Virus record (IMG/VR): IMGVR_UViG_3300002559_000042
Strand: one strand, 5' to 3'
Length of the DNA: 45,389 bases
Source of the DNA: a virus
The notes under the pieces were generated by a model. That model ran no database searches. It saw nothing but the letters and a program-made list of their open reading frames with translations, and was not told where the DNA came from. Position 1 is the stretch's first letter. Each line of letters starts with the position of its first letter. Below, piece by piece: positions 6,511 to 15,569 of this stretch. Both the position numbers and the translations under genes were made by a program.

Positions 6511-7029
6511 TTATTTATTCGCCAACGCTGCCCGTAATTCTTCCAGCGTCATATCTCCGACTTTTTTTGCTCCTTGTGCAACAACGTTTTCCGCCGTTAC
6601 ACTAATATTATTTGCATCAATTGTACCGAGCACCTGTTCATCTGTGGATGCCGTTTCTTCCCCGGCATGTTCCGTTTCCTCGGCCGGTTCCTCATCTTCT
6701 TTCGCCGGAGCGTCCGCAAATGTAGCCATTTCTTTGTTGAGATCAGCCACCGCCGCCTCAATCAGCGCCTGAATATCGTCCGGCTCCAAGTTAATCTTAA
6801 ACAGTTGGTAAGCCTTTTTCGCCAGATATTGAGACGCGGCCCGGTACTTTTCCCCGCCCTGCCCCGGTTCTGGCATTAACTGTTCCGCATATTTTACCGC
6901 GCGGATGGCGATCCCCTCCAGGTGTTTAGATTGCACAAATTTTTTCGCGTATTTTCCGACGTAAGCCAACACCGCCGGAATTGCCGCCAGAATGATTGCA
7001 TAGATACCTTGAATAATAATGTGTAACAT
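6511..7029 (-). CDS. Holin-like membrane protein, LL-H-family-like (single N-terminal TM, long helical acidic tail)
   Basis: N-terminal TM IIQGIYAIILAAIPAVLAYVG. The stretch AIRAVKYAEQL...GGEKYRAASQYL...IEAAVADLN resembles LL-H-type holins from memory. It lies immediately downstream of the endolysin. Confidence 0.55.
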   Translation of the reverse strand: MLHIIIQGIYAIILAAIPAVLAYVGKYAKKFVQSKHLEGIAIRAVKYAEQLMPEPGQGGEKYRAASQYLAKKAYQLFKINLEPDDIQALIEAAVADLNKEMATFADAPAKEDEEPAEETEHAGEETASTDEQVLGTIDANNISVTAENVVAQGAKKVGDMTLEELRAALANK

Positions 7030-7041
7030 GTTGTTTCCTCC

Positions 7042-8088
7042 TTATTTTACGCGGATTTTTTCACCGACATAAATTGTGTATTTGCTATCAAGCTTGTTCC
7101 AGCTTTTCAACTGTGCAAGCGTGACACCGTATTTTTTGGCAATGGCGGACGCCGTGTCTCCCCTTACCACCGTATGGTAGACAGGTTTCGGCGCCGCCTT
7201 TTTTACCACCTTTGTAGCAGATTGCGATTTTGTTAGATACTTAGCCGATACATATACGGCTTTATCGTTGGATTTAATCTTTGCCCAACCTGCAGAAATG
7301 CCCAGCACCTGCACCCTGTCGCCGTGGTTAAGCTGCCCGATAACGTCCCCGCCCGGGCTCTTACGGATGTTTAATTTGCCGGCCGTTACATAGTACGGCG
7401 TCGTTTTTACCGCGGTTGTTGGCCTGGCCACTGCCTTTGTTGTTGTCTCCTTAGCTGTGGACGCCGCCTTTTTAGCAGTAGTAACCGCAGCTGCCGCCTT
7501 TTTAACCTCGGCCTGCAATGTGGACGGATAATCCGGGCCTGTCTCGTTTATGTCCACATAGGCGGAGATCCCCGGCACCTTCCCAGTCTGCGACTTTTGC
7601 CATAGATAATAACTGGATACGCCAATAGGTTTGGATGCGTATCGGGCGTACCACAACGGGATACCGGGATGATGGCCTTTTAAATTTGAGAGATAAAAAT
7701 AACCCATGCTATAGAGCATGAGCCTATGACCGGTAAGCTTTTTCAACTCTGAAAAAAACGCCTGCATGGACGCGACCAGCTGGCTGCCGGCATGGTTTAC
7801 TTCCAAATCCAGCACCAACGGTTCATCCATGTATTTGAGATAGCCTTTCACGGCGCCATAAAAATACCGCGCTTCCTGCCGTGCTACCGCCGGGCTCGTA
7901 AAGCGGGCAAAATGGTAGGCGCCCACCTTAAACCCGGCAGCTTTTGCAGCTTTGACGTTTGCGGAAAACTTTGGGTCCTTAAACGTCTTGCCCTCGGTCG
8001 CCTTTACCATGGCAATGCGGTAGCCGGCAGCGTATGCATTTTTAAAATCGACATTGCCGTTACCGTGGTAAATGTCAAACCCTTTCAT
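7042..8088 (-). CDS. Endolysin: GH25 muramidase + SH3-like + LysM cell-wall-binding domains
   Basis: N-terminus GFDIYHGNGNVDFKNAYAAGYRIAMVKATEGKTFKDPKF...GFKVGAYHFARF (GH25). YYVTAGKLNIRKSPGGDVIGQLNHGDRVQVLG (SH3). C-terminus YHTVVRGDTASAIAKKYGVTLAQLKSWNKL (LysM). Confidence 0.92.
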   Translation of the reverse strand: MKGFDIYHGNGNVDFKNAYAAGYRIAMVKATEGKTFKDPKFSANVKAAKAAGFKVGAYHFARFTSPAVARQEARYFYGAVKGYLKYMDEPLVLDLEVNHAGSQLVASMQAFFSELKKLTGHRLMLYSMGYFYLSNLKGHHPGIPLWYARYASKPIGVSSYYLWQKSQTGKVPGISAYVDINETGPDYPSTLQAEVKKAAAAVTTAKKAASTAKETTTKAVARPTTAVKTTPYYVTAGKLNIRKSPGGDVIGQLNHGDRVQVLGISAGWAKIKSNDKAVYVSAKYLTKSQSATKVVKKAAPKPVYHTVVRGDTASAIAKKYGVTLAQLKSWNKLDSKYTIYVGEKIRVK

Positions 8089-8369
8089 GCATGTTCACCT
8101 CCTTCCAGCGAATCTATGCGTTTGTGCGCCTGTTTTGCGCTTTCCTCGACTCTAGTCAAGCGCTCGCTAAATAATTGCATCTGCTTTTCATTGGATTTTA
8201 TATCGATGCGGATATCATCCACACCTTTGCTTATATATTCCAATTTTGTTTTCATCTCGGCGTTTTGCTGCCCGTCATGTTTTACTTCCTTTGTCGAATT
8301 AAGGCGGTACATCATAAAGCTGATAAGTAAACCGCCAGCTGCGATAAGCACACCAATTTCTACCGTCAA
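8085..8369 (-). CDS. Holin-like small membrane protein (N-terminal TM + coiled coil; BhlA/XhlA-like architecture)
   Basis: TM IGVLIAAGGLLISFMMY followed by a heptad-rich tail. TTG start after GAAGGTGA. The stop overlaps the endolysin start (ATGA-type coupling). Confidence 0.5.
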   Translation of the reverse strand: MTVEIGVLIAAGGLLISFMMYRLNSTKEVKHDGQQNAEMKTKLEYISKGVDDIRIDIKSNEKQMQLFSERLTRVEESAKQAHKRIDSLEGGEHA

Positions 8370-8394
8370 ATTTAGTCACCTTCTTTTTACACAT

Positions 8395-8418
8395 AAAAAA
8401 GCATCCAAAATGGATGCT
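8395..8418 (-). terminator. Intrinsic terminator between the tail module and the lysis cassette
   Basis: The minus strand reads AAGCATCCA-ttt-TGGATGCTT followed by ttttttatg, immediately after the stop at 8418-8420. Confidence 0.6.
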
Positions 8419-8657
8419 TACCCTGCAGCTTGTTCCGTTGTATCCGTCATATTTGCCTGCACCTTGTTTTTAACTAAATCTTCCAGCTTGATTGTATCCC
8501 CGGCTGCTGCTGCATATTCGTCTTTGCTTACCTCCACAAATCCATTCAGGTTAAAAGTTGCTCCTGTACTATTAAAATATAAGTTTACGCTTGTATAATC
8601 ACCGTCATATCCGTTTTTGTAGTTGAAATTAATTGATGTAATGACAATTTTCATCAT
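8418..8657 (-). CDS. Hypothetical small protein downstream of the tail fibre
   Basis: 79-aa ORF whose start overlaps the upstream stop (8654-8657). No family recognised. Confidence 0.65.
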   Translation of the reverse strand: MMKIVITSINFNYKNGYDGDYTSVNLYFNSTGATFNLNGFVEVSKDEYAAAAGDTIKLEDLVKNKVQANMTDTTEQAAG

Positions 8658-8896
8658 TCATTTCCTCCTTTTGTGTGTGTAGATTTCGTGTGTTTTGCCT
8701 TCTCTGCCGCCAATTCCTTTTCTACTTCTTCTTTTTTCTCAATCGCCTCCTTTAATTGTTCTTCTAGCCTCTTAATTTCCTCTTGTTGCAAGGCTACCAG
8801 CGCCGCTTGTGTTGCCTTTTGGTCTGCCAGTGTGGCGATTTGATTTTTTAAATCTGCAATAATTTGTGGGTAAAAATCCTGTGCTTGAATTTCCAT
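8654..8896 (-). CDS. Hypothetical coiled-coil protein downstream of the tail fibre
   Basis: 80-aa ORF, heptad and E/K-rich (LEEQLKEAIEKKEEVEKELAAEKAK). It starts 4 nt after the fibre stop. Confidence 0.65.
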   Translation of the reverse strand: MEIQAQDFYPQIIADLKNQIATLADQKATQAALVALQQEEIKRLEEQLKEAIEKKEEVEKELAAEKAKHTKSTHTKGGNE

Positions 8897-8899
8897 ATG

Positions 8900-11800
8900 T
8901 TATGCCTCCAATTTTGCCAATCTCGCTTCAAGATCAGCTATTTTTAATACTAATTCTTGATGATAATTTACAAGTGCCTTCGTCGATAGCATGAGTGCTC
9001 CTACTATGTCATCACTTTTCTTCTCTTCTCCGTTTTCAGCGATGAAGGAGGTATCCATGCTATATCCGCCACCAATGATAGGGCCAATGTGTTTCTCAGT
9101 TTCGCCTTTGAAATTCCAGCTTACTACGTCTGTTCTTAATATTTTTTGCAGGGCGTCTTCAGGACTGATTGTTTCAAAATTTTCTTTAAGATCATATTTT
9201 GATGAACTTGTCCATGATTTAATATGGATTGGAATTAGGTTGCCATCGGCACCTGAAAACCATAAATCGCCATTATCATTTGTTTGTATGGTATGGTAAC
9301 CAACTTGCATGTTGTTTGGCATAACCCATTGGTCTGCATGCACTTGCCTAACTGTTACATCTATTCTGCTCCCGCCGGAATCCGTAAAATATAATTGGCC
9401 GCCATCATTAGATATGATGGAATGAGCGCCATTGAATGCGATGTTACCAAATTGTGCATTGCCATTGGAGATAATTGTGCTTTGACCATTATAGTAATCA
9501 ATCGAATATATAGCATCAGCTGTAATTTGGCTCACTGTCTTATCATTTTCAGAAAATGTAATTAAACTTGGTTCAATAGTTGTTTTGGCTGCAGTAGTAT
9601 TAGTATCCGAGAAAGCTGGATAATATATTTCGACTATACCTGATGATAAATACGTGTGCCTTGACTCATCATCATCAATGTGAATTGGGAATCTATAAGT
9701 TGGATTAATTTTAACGGTATCGTAATTCCCCCAAGGGTTCGTAACCGTTGATATAACATTTACGCTGCCAGAAAAACTCCCTGACGTTGCATTGATTACC
9801 CCTGTGATATTTGCGTTTTTCGCAACAAGGTTTCCGGCTGTGTCTACACTAAAGTTTCCGTTTCCAATGTTTATGTTCACACCAGAAATGTTTCCAGCTG
9901 TTACACTTCCAAGATTCGCTGAAAGTGCAGATAAGGATGAAACGTTCAGCTTACTTGCATCTATGGAGCCGGCGGCAATACGTTCGGCGTTTAGCGTGCC
10001 TGTGGTGATCTTGGATGCGTCGATGTTTGTAACGGTGGCTTTGCTTGCGTCCAGCGTCCCCGTCACAATATTGCTGGCGTTTATGTTTTTAACCGTAATC
10101 ACATTTGCGTCAATCGTGCCAGCGGTCAGCTTGTCTGCTGTCATGCTATCGATCATTGCATCTTTGATGACTGCATTATCAATTGTTGTTTGCCCCGTGA
10201 TGTGTACCTTTTTGCCGTCGATAAGAATACCCTCGGTGCTAACGTTGATCTGGTTAATCACATCGCCTTTTTGTACACGCAGGTTGATGTCATTTGATAG
10301 TTGGCTTATTTGGGAAACAAATGTTGTTATACCGTTTACAATAAATGCTCTACCATCTGATGTTTCCTGGTATGTGCTTGAAATGCTACTATCAAAAATG
10401 GTTGTCCAGCTTTCTCCATCTGATGAAACTTCCGTCTTCGTACCATTATATGTGCGTCCATCCTTGTAATAATGCCAAATTTGAATGTAATCTATATCAT
10501 CATAAATAGTGCCTAAATCTACGAGTACATAGATATTGCCTGCTCCGCCATCAAAATAATCACTCAAAGAGCCATCAGTAATAACCGTTTTATCTTGGTT
10601 TGAACTATTTGAACCATTAGAAGTCACAGTCGCATTTAAAGCTCGGTTTACTGTGCCAGCCATAGCCTTAATTTCTGTCCAGTGGTTTGAACTATTTGCT
10701 GTACTTCCATTTGCCCAATCTCGTATATAACGAACCTTAATTACATCGGTGCGTTTATTAGTTGACGAAATGGTGCTTTGCAAACTGCTTGCCGTCTGTG
10801 TTAACTGGCTTTGTGTCGCATACTTTCTATCTGCATCCGTTGCAGACAATTTACTTTGTAATGCTGTATTAGTTTGCGTAACGAAACTATTGTATGTCGT
10901 TGTATCAACTTTTCCAGATACGGCTGATTGTAATCCCTTTGCTGTTTGCGTTAACGTCGTGATATTTCCTTCTGCGTTTGAAATCCTTGTCGCTAAGCTG
11001 CTGGATGTTTGTTGGAGTGCGCTTATATTGCCCTCTGCGTTACCGATACGCGACGTGGTACTATCTAGTGTTTGCTGTAGCGTGTTAAATTGGACAACGG
11101 TTGCCATGTCCTCGGGGGCGGGGCTCCAATCAGTTGCCTTATTCCCGTTTTCTCCCTTTGCCCGCCAAATCACAAAATCTATTGGATTATTAATATTATC
11201 TTCTGTCGTTCCTATGTTCAACTGAAAATTATTAATACCATTTCCTTTACCACTCATAACCACCCTTTTGGACTCGCCATTTGCCAATATAACCAGACCA
11301 AATGCGTTTGCAGTAATAACAACCGGATAGTTGCCAATATTCTTACACCACATAGATAATGTATAATCGCAATCCTTAACAGACGGTGTCGCTATAGTTT
11401 TATATAGTTTAACTTTACCCGTACCACCTGTTACATGGATTTCGGTCGCATCTGTGGCTCCCCATTCTGGTACACTTACATTGGTTTTATAAGTATATTG
11501 TGCACCAGCATTACGGCTTAAATTTGTAAAATTATTACTATCTTTTATTAAATTTCTGCCGCCTACCTGCAAATTGTCCAAATTAGTCTGCACAGCGCTA
11601 ATACTGCTCGTCAGGCTGTTTGCCGTCGCTGTTAGTGCCGTCTGCGTCGCATATTTGGCATCTGCATCCGTTTTGGTGATCCGTGCTGCAATTTCGTTAG
11701 CCTGTGTTGTCAGCGTTGCTTCTGCCGTGCTAACGCGTCCTGTGAGCGTGTCAACGGTCGATTTATCGGCTTTAAGCTGTATTGCATTGGCGTTTTGGCT

Positions 11801-13063
11801 GATCAGTGTGCTGTGATTATCCACGGTACCTTTTATTGTGTCTACATATGATTTATCCGCCTTAGATGCAATATCGTTGGCATTTTGACTTATGGCGGTC
11901 TCTGCTTTATCCACACGTCCAGACAGTGTATTTACCGTCGTAACGCTTGCTTTTTGACTCAATGTATTATTTATGTTTGTAATATCTGTTGTATAAGTTG
12001 TCGTGCTTACAGCGCCAATCTGATTTGCCTGTGTCGGAGACAAATCAACCCATGTGCTACCATTCCATCTCCGCATAATTTGTGGCGTTTTGGATGTATC
12101 TATCCACAGCTGATCTGTTGCTGGATTGGATGGTGCCGCATTGGATTTTATAATAGACTTTTCGCGCGTATTGGCATTGGCGTTGGCGGCGTTTGCCTTA
12201 TTAATTGCATCCTGCGCATTAGACATCGCCGTCTGTGCGTTTGTTTTTGCTGTGCTTGCTTGTGTCGCCGCATCGGACGCTACTTGTTTGGCTGTGTTTG
12301 CTGTGTCGGTCGCGTTATTTGCCGCTGTAAGTGCAGATTGTGCATCTTTTGCCGCTGTGTTTGCCGTATTGAGCGCAGATTGGGAGTTTGTTTCTGCGGT
12401 ACCTGCTTTAGATAGGGCATCCTGCGCCGCATAAAAACCATCCTGTGCCTTGTCTATGGCATCTTGTGCGTCTTGTGTTGCCTTGTTAGCAGTGTTGACC
12501 GCATTATTTGCGCTTGTAACTGCGCTGGCGGCATCTGCTTGGGCTTTTGTTGCCGCATCCTTTGCTTCCTCTGCCGCTTTCGCCGCCGCGTCCCCTTTGG
12601 CTTCCGCATCTGCGGCTGTTTGCTGCGCAGTCTGCCCGACTGTGACCGCATTATCTGCGGCTGCTTGTGCGGCACTAATCTGTTGTTCAAGTGCGGTGTT
12701 GTCAACATCTGTTATCCACTGTGTGCCATCATAATGCTTAATTGCTGTCACATTGCCACTACTATCCTCCACAAACCAAATATCACCGGATTGGGGACTG
12801 GTTGGCGTTGTTGCACCATAATATGCTTTGTTTTTGCCATTGGCAGTCGTAATTGCTGTCTGTGCTGCTTGCGCTGCATTTTCGGCTGTATTAGCCGCCT
12901 GCGTGGCCGTCTGCGACGCAGTCTGTGCCGTTGCTTGGGCTTGACTAGCTGTATCTGTAGCCTGCTGTGCAACAGTTGCTGCTTGCCCGGCTGTGTCGGT
13001 TGCATCCACTGCAATTTTTGTGCTTTTCGTGAACGGTATATCCACGCTACCTAAAAGTGTCAT
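8900..13063 (-). CDS. Tail fibre / receptor-binding protein (1387 aa), mosaic: A/T/Q-rich N-terminal rod, fibre repeats, discoidin (F5/8 type C)-like domain, beta-helix-like repeats, C-terminal peptidase-S74 intramolecular chaperone
   Basis: C-terminus SSSKYDLKENFETISPEDALQKILRTDVVSWNFKG...LVLKIADLEARLAKLEA matches the S74 autoprocessing chaperone pattern. IKVRYIRDWANGS...NHWTEIKA...VLVDLG...IQIWHYYKDGRTYNGTKTEVSSDGESWTTIFDS is discoidin-like. ITxGTIDA/LDAS repeats are present. Confidence 0.88.
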   Translation of the reverse strand: MTLLGSVDIPFTKSTKIAVDATDTAGQAATVAQQATDTASQAQATAQTASQTATQAANTAENAAQAAQTAITTANGKNKAYYGATTPTSPQSGDIWFVEDSSGNVTAIKHYDGTQWITDVDNTALEQQISAAQAAADNAVTVGQTAQQTAADAEAKGDAAAKAAEEAKDAATKAQADAASAVTSANNAVNTANKATQDAQDAIDKAQDGFYAAQDALSKAGTAETNSQSALNTANTAAKDAQSALTAANNATDTANTAKQVASDAATQASTAKTNAQTAMSNAQDAINKANAANANANTREKSIIKSNAAPSNPATDQLWIDTSKTPQIMRRWNGSTWVDLSPTQANQIGAVSTTTYTTDITNINNTLSQKASVTTVNTLSGRVDKAETAISQNANDIASKADKSYVDTIKGTVDNHSTLISQNANAIQLKADKSTVDTLTGRVSTAEATLTTQANEIAARITKTDADAKYATQTALTATANSLTSSISAVQTNLDNLQVGGRNLIKDSNNFTNLSRNAGAQYTYKTNVSVPEWGATDATEIHVTGGTGKVKLYKTIATPSVKDCDYTLSMWCKNIGNYPVVITANAFGLVILANGESKRVVMSGKGNGINNFQLNIGTTEDNINNPIDFVIWRAKGENGNKATDWSPAPEDMATVVQFNTLQQTLDSTTSRIGNAEGNISALQQTSSSLATRISNAEGNITTLTQTAKGLQSAVSGKVDTTTYNSFVTQTNTALQSKLSATDADRKYATQSQLTQTASSLQSTISSTNKRTDVIKVRYIRDWANGSTANSSNHWTEIKAMAGTVNRALNATVTSNGSNSSNQDKTVITDGSLSDYFDGGAGNIYVLVDLGTIYDDIDYIQIWHYYKDGRTYNGTKTEVSSDGESWTTIFDSSISSTYQETSDGRAFIVNGITTFVSQISQLSNDINLRVQKGDVINQINVSTEGILIDGKKVHITGQTTIDNAVIKDAMIDSMTADKLTAGTIDANVITVKNINASNIVTGTLDASKATVTNIDASKITTGTLNAERIAAGSIDASKLNVSSLSALSANLGSVTAGNISGVNINIGNGNFSVDTAGNLVAKNANITGVINATSGSFSGSVNVISTVTNPWGNYDTVKINPTYRFPIHIDDDESRHTYLSSGIVEIYYPAFSDTNTTAAKTTIEPSLITFSENDKTVSQITADAIYSIDYYNGQSTIISNGNAQFGNIAFNGAHSIISNDGGQLYFTDSGGSRIDVTVRQVHADQWVMPNNMQVGYHTIQTNDNGDLWFSGADGNLIPIHIKSWTSSSKYDLKENFETISPEDALQKILRTDVVSWNFKGETEKHIGPIIGGGYSMDTSFIAENGEEKKSDDIVGALMLSTKALVNYHQELVLKIADLEARLAKLEA

Positions 13064-13075
13064 GTTCTCACCTAC

Positions 13076-15556
13076 CTAATAGCTAAACACCCGGCTGCTT
13101 CCCGCACCAAACCGGGTTGCATAGATTTTTCGTTTTGCCCGGTCAATAGTAAATACATCCCATGCGTCTTCCTCGAGTGATATAATCGGGCGGTCTGGCA
13201 TTTTGCCGGCGTAATCATTACGGGCGAGCGAGTCCAGCGTTTGGATAAGTAACATCCCATTTTTCGTCATACTGCTATCATAATGGACGTGTCCACTTAT
13301 TACAGCGATAACCTGCCCCTTGCCTTGGCTCGTAAAGTCGGCAGATACGCTGCATGTATAATCAGCCGTGCTCCCCGAACCGGTGTAAGTCATTCCATTT
13401 ACAAAAGCAGATAGAATGCCATACATAATATCACTGTTTATTTGCGCGTCCGAATTAAACGTCCCTTGTAACGGGGCATGTGTAAAAATTAAAACTCCCC
13501 AATCATTAGGAAGTTTTAAAGCTGTATTGGCGATCCAATTTAATTGTGCGTTCCGAAATGCGGATGACCATTGTGACGGGTATTTATTCGTGCCGCCGGA
13601 TTGCGTAATATACGGGTTATCAAAGCTGTTCAGGCAGATTACCCGGATTTTTTGGGCCGGGAAATCTTTATACCCGTACAGCCTTTCTTTTTCTGCCGGG
13701 TTAAGGATAAAGGCCGGGTCCATATATTTGCTCAAAATAGCATACCGCTCTGCCGGCTGCAGGACGGATCGCATAAGGTTTCCGTCATTGTCATGCGCAT
13801 ACCAGCTGTTATCATCATGGTTGCCATTTAGATAAACAACCGGGGCAGCGGATGAGGAATAGAGGGACTGTGCCGCGTCCTCAAAGTCGGTTAACATCAA
13901 ATTTTTCTGCTCATCTCCATCCACAAGATCGCCACCGTGAACGACAAGGTCAATTTTTGCCCGGTTGGTCAAATATGCCACGTTTTGCATATGGAGCGTG
14001 CTGCGGCTTTTTAGATTGTTGCCGTTTTTAGATGCTGTGGCATAGTGCGTGTCCGTAATAAAGGCGACAGACAGCGTATTGTCTGTCTGCACCTGTGCCA
14101 ACTCATCCACAACAAAATCAATGCCATTTTTAAAATAGACGTCGATTGTTGGCAGGTTCCCGTCATCCAGTTTGCACCGGATTGTGCACCCTGCAACCTC
14201 TATACCGACGGAGATCACGTTTCCCATGCCTTTATGTGCATCGGCCCATTCTTGATCATAGCTGCCATCCGGATTGATTTTCTGCCAGATAAAAGCTGAT
14301 TGATCCAGCGTGGATGTGACTTCATCTTTTCCTTGGTAAACACGGACGATAACCCTTTTTTGGCTTGTCGTATCGGCAAAATCGGTGCCATCTGGCGTAA
14401 AATATTCTACCTTGTACCCTTTTGCCTTTTCGGCCGCATCTTGTGCAGCTTTCGCCTTTGCCTGCAGGTCCTGGACAATCTCCGGCGTTACCGCAACAAT
14501 CTCGATAAACTCGCCAACCGTAACCTTGTTGTTGCTGGGGTTCGCTTCCGACTCGTCGACTTGTATAGCGCGGGCGCTTATTGTTAGTTCCGGCTGCATC
14601 TCAAAATCAACAATTTGGAAATGATCCCCCAAGTTTGGCTTAAAGCCAAGATGCGCGACATCAATGGTATAGTTATATTTCGGATGATTGTACAGCTTTA
14701 GCTGTTCTTTTCCCCAATCCAAAAGGCCGTTTGGGTTTAGAATCGTGTCATTTACTACGTACCCCTCTAAGTATGGGCCGCCGTTATTATACTGATCGTT
14801 CGCGTCATCATCTATCAAATACTCCCGGCCGCCGTTAACGGATGCAATGGACGCCAGCGTTCCATCCTGCTTTTGCCCGCCGTACACATACAATTTCGTG
14901 TACATTTCCTGGTCGCTGCCGGTTCGGGTAATTCCTTGCAGGTTGTGGGCGTATTCCAGCCGGTATCCTTTTGATTCGCCCAATTCGTCCACAAAATCTA
15001 TTACCTTACGGATAATTTTCCCGTTGTAAACTTGGACATAAGCCCGGATTTCTGCGCTAAATTGATTTGTAAGCTGATCGAGCCAATATTGGGCATTGTT
15101 GCCGGCGGAAAATTCAAAGTTATTGGATCCACCATAAAAATAGTTTTCTCCTATTTCCCAGCCAGAGCCTTGCAGGATGTAATTGAATAAATCCTGGCTC
15201 GACACGTTGGCCATTGTTTTGGCCGGTACAATTTTGTGCGTCAAATCCCACGCAAGCAGATTAAGGCACTGCGCTTTTTTAACATGGACGGGGCCAATCA
15301 CATCATCCTCGACGCTGTAAATCCGGTAAACATAAAAATAGCCATCACTGCCTTGCTTAAGGAGGTGATAGCCATATGTCATAAATGCTGTTTCTCGGTA
15401 CCCTGTAGGTACGCTGATATCGAGCGTATCCGCCCATATTTTGCCTTGGTCGTCTGCTATTTTAGTAGACCGCAAGTCATCATAAAACTTGCAGCCGCGC
15501 CCGTGTAGATCAAGCATCCCACACGGGTTTAAGTCTTGGTCCAAAATTAGATACAC
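13076..15556 (-). CDS. Tail-associated lysin-like baseplate protein (prophage-tail / minor structural protein N-terminal region) fused to a C-terminal calcineurin-like metallophosphoesterase domain
   Basis: Sits directly after Dit; the N-terminus MYLILDQDLNPCGMLD is typical of this family. C-terminal residues ~494-826 carry all five MPE motifs: ITDTHY, HGGDLVDG, LNGNHDDN, IFTHAPL, ISGHVHYD. Confidence 0.85.
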   Translation of the reverse strand: MYLILDQDLNPCGMLDLHGRGCKFYDDLRSTKIADDQGKIWADTLDISVPTGYRETAFMTYGYHLLKQGSDGYFYVYRIYSVEDDVIGPVHVKKAQCLNLLAWDLTHKIVPAKTMANVSSQDLFNYILQGSGWEIGENYFYGGSNNFEFSAGNNAQYWLDQLTNQFSAEIRAYVQVYNGKIIRKVIDFVDELGESKGYRLEYAHNLQGITRTGSDQEMYTKLYVYGGQKQDGTLASIASVNGGREYLIDDDANDQYNNGGPYLEGYVVNDTILNPNGLLDWGKEQLKLYNHPKYNYTIDVAHLGFKPNLGDHFQIVDFEMQPELTISARAIQVDESEANPSNNKVTVGEFIEIVAVTPEIVQDLQAKAKAAQDAAEKAKGYKVEYFTPDGTDFADTTSQKRVIVRVYQGKDEVTSTLDQSAFIWQKINPDGSYDQEWADAHKGMGNVISVGIEVAGCTIRCKLDDGNLPTIDVYFKNGIDFVVDELAQVQTDNTLSVAFITDTHYATASKNGNNLKSRSTLHMQNVAYLTNRAKIDLVVHGGDLVDGDEQKNLMLTDFEDAAQSLYSSSAAPVVYLNGNHDDNSWYAHDNDGNLMRSVLQPAERYAILSKYMDPAFILNPAEKERLYGYKDFPAQKIRVICLNSFDNPYITQSGGTNKYPSQWSSAFRNAQLNWIANTALKLPNDWGVLIFTHAPLQGTFNSDAQINSDIMYGILSAFVNGMTYTGSGSTADYTCSVSADFTSQGKGQVIAVISGHVHYDSSMTKNGMLLIQTLDSLARNDYAGKMPDRPIISLEEDAWDVFTIDRAKRKIYATRFGAGSSRVFSY

Positions 15557-15569
15557 AGGCTATCACCTC

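Noticed and set aside
11885-13054. Several long plus-strand ORFs (for example 11885..12415, 12126..12434, 12464..13054) with striking Cys/Ala/Leu-rich translations
   Set aside because: They are the antisense reading of the A/T/Q-rich low-complexity N-terminal rod of the tail-fibre gene (GCN/ACN/CAR codons read backwards). They have no RBS and no independent support.
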